Assembly: GCA_963765895.1 (NCBI GenBank)
Contig: CAVXZB010000011.1
Coordinates: 1-29,152, forward strand
Direction of reading: 5' to 3'
Origin: an uncultured Nitrososphaeraceae archaeon
GTDB lineage: Archaea; Thermoproteota; Nitrososphaeria; Nitrososphaerales; Nitrososphaeraceae
DNA: 29,152 nt
Shown here: positions 28,482-29,152 of the stretch, in pieces
Layout of the letters: every line of letters begins with the position of its first letter
How positions within the stretch are numbered: position 1 is the first letter of the stretch
The notes under the pieces: generated by a model
Database searches by the model: none
The model's input: the letters and a program-made list of their open reading frames with translations, nothing else
Told to the model about the DNA's origin: nothing
Translations under genes and position numbers: made by a program

Positions 28482-28491
28482 GATTAACTAA
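27576..28491 (+). pseudogene. DDE transposase (IS4/IS5 superfamily) fragmented by about five frameshifts
   Basis: The consecutive pieces in different frames are: MDVERIK; YVRLANHYVPCLEKFKDTIVSSQK; MSFTIWQHLVLLTIRQYEGKSYRMFIEWLVEAHYLRLYLRLSHIPHFTTLQKFTDR; LLEKIISSFIVISGTKHIFAGIDSTGFKITHASQYY...RRAPTRHDNVDFRPII; LSVVTADKGYDNEDNHHLVRETLHALSVIPAR...NKDETIVSVIKRLFGE; and LVKTQNRELSFRCITYNMHRL. The DSTG, ADKGYD and E-containing blocks give the DDE triad context. Confidence 0.8.
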
Positions 28492-28525
28492 AAATCCTTA
28501 AATATTCATTATTGTAGACTTTCTT

Positions 28526-29152
28526 ATGGCTGCGTCGCAGATCTCAAATACAGCATGGATGCTTGAAGGAGATTATTTTGAAGGATGCAATTGTGATATA
28601 GTATGCCCTTGCATCTTCCTTTCAGATCCCACTGAAGGCAACTGTCATGTCACATGCGCGTGGCATATACAGAAAGGAAATTTTGGAGATACAAATCTAA
28701 ATAACCTCAATGTCGTTGCTCTGTTTAATACTCCAGGCAACATGTATACAGGGCCCAAGTGGAAAGCAGCATTATATATAGATGAAAGAGCAACGCAACA
28801 ACAAAAAGATCTAATCACAAAAATATATTCTGGACAAGCAGGAGGATTTTTTGCTCCGGCATCTAATTTCATTGGCGAAATGCTTGGAATAAAATCTCTT
28901 CCTATAGAATTTGGCGTAGATGGAAAACGCAGATGGCTCAAGGTAAAAGATGCAGTTGAACTAGATATAGAGGCAATTGCAGGAGGCGACAAAAATAGAG
29001 AATCAGTAGTAATTAATCCACCATTTTCGGTAGTTCCAGGTGCTGATTTGACTATTGCACGTTCAAGCAAATACAATTATAGTGACCATGGAATGGAATG
29101 GAATAACTCTGGCAAAAATAGTTTCTATTGTAAATTCAAGTATTCTTCATAG
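28526..29152 (+). CDS. DUF1326 family protein
   Basis: WMLEGDYFEGCNCDIVCPCIFLSDPTEGNC is the signature Cys cluster of DUF1326. The 208-aa protein has its stop at the last three bases of the window. Confidence 0.8.
   Translation: MAASQISNTAWMLEGDYFEGCNCDIVCPCIFLSDPTEGNCHVTCAWHIQKGNFGDTNLNNLNVVALFNTPGNMYTGPKWKAALYIDERATQQQKDLITKIYSGQAGGFFAPASNFIGEMLGIKSLPIEFGVDGKRRWLKVKDAVELDIEAIAGGDKNRESVVINPPFSVVPGADLTIARSSKYNYSDHGMEWNNSGKNSFYCKFKYSS

Overview
Strongly AT-rich archaeal chromosomal segment with long intergenic spacers. The gene content fits an ammonia-oxidising thaumarchaeon (Nitrososphaeria): an archaeal-type ammonia monooxygenase subunit C, replication factor C large subunit, an Lrp/AsnC regulator, and many secreted Cys-, Met- or Asn-rich proteins. 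Anything finer than that lineage is a guess.

Coordinates 1-20 kb mix housekeeping and accessory genes: SDR, PPK2, rfcL, a cytoplasmic histidine kinase, an orphan amoC, a 2-hydroxyacid dehydrogenase, a cyclase-like/receiver hybrid, a Met-rich PepSY protein, a SIS protein, an SgcJ/EcaC protein, a Cys-rich secreted protein, Lrp, and a repeat-containing secreted protein.

Coordinates 20.8-28.5 kb look like a decayed mobile/accessory zone. It holds a multiply disrupted tyrosine integrase, a stand-alone extracytoplasmic Cache protein, a broken PPOX gene, small zinc-ribbon and other hypothetical ORFs, several gene relics, and an IS element with inverted repeats and a perfect 8-bp target duplication but a shattered transposase. 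A DUF1326 gene closes the window.

The most striking window-wide signal is how many recognisable genes are split by 1-nt frameshifts, several at homopolymer runs, or by in-frame stops. The affected genes include rfcL and amoC. This means either indel-type assembly error or real gene decay, and read-level data are needed to decide.

I saw no rRNA, tRNA or CRISPR array. I could not support a coherent multi-gene new system. The best candidates for novelty are single loci: the Met-rich PepSY protein (possible copper handling), the degenerate cyclase-homology/receiver fusion, the histidine kinase with three tandem sensor modules, and the Cys-rich secreted protein. All calls come from reading translations by eye; no searches or computations were run.
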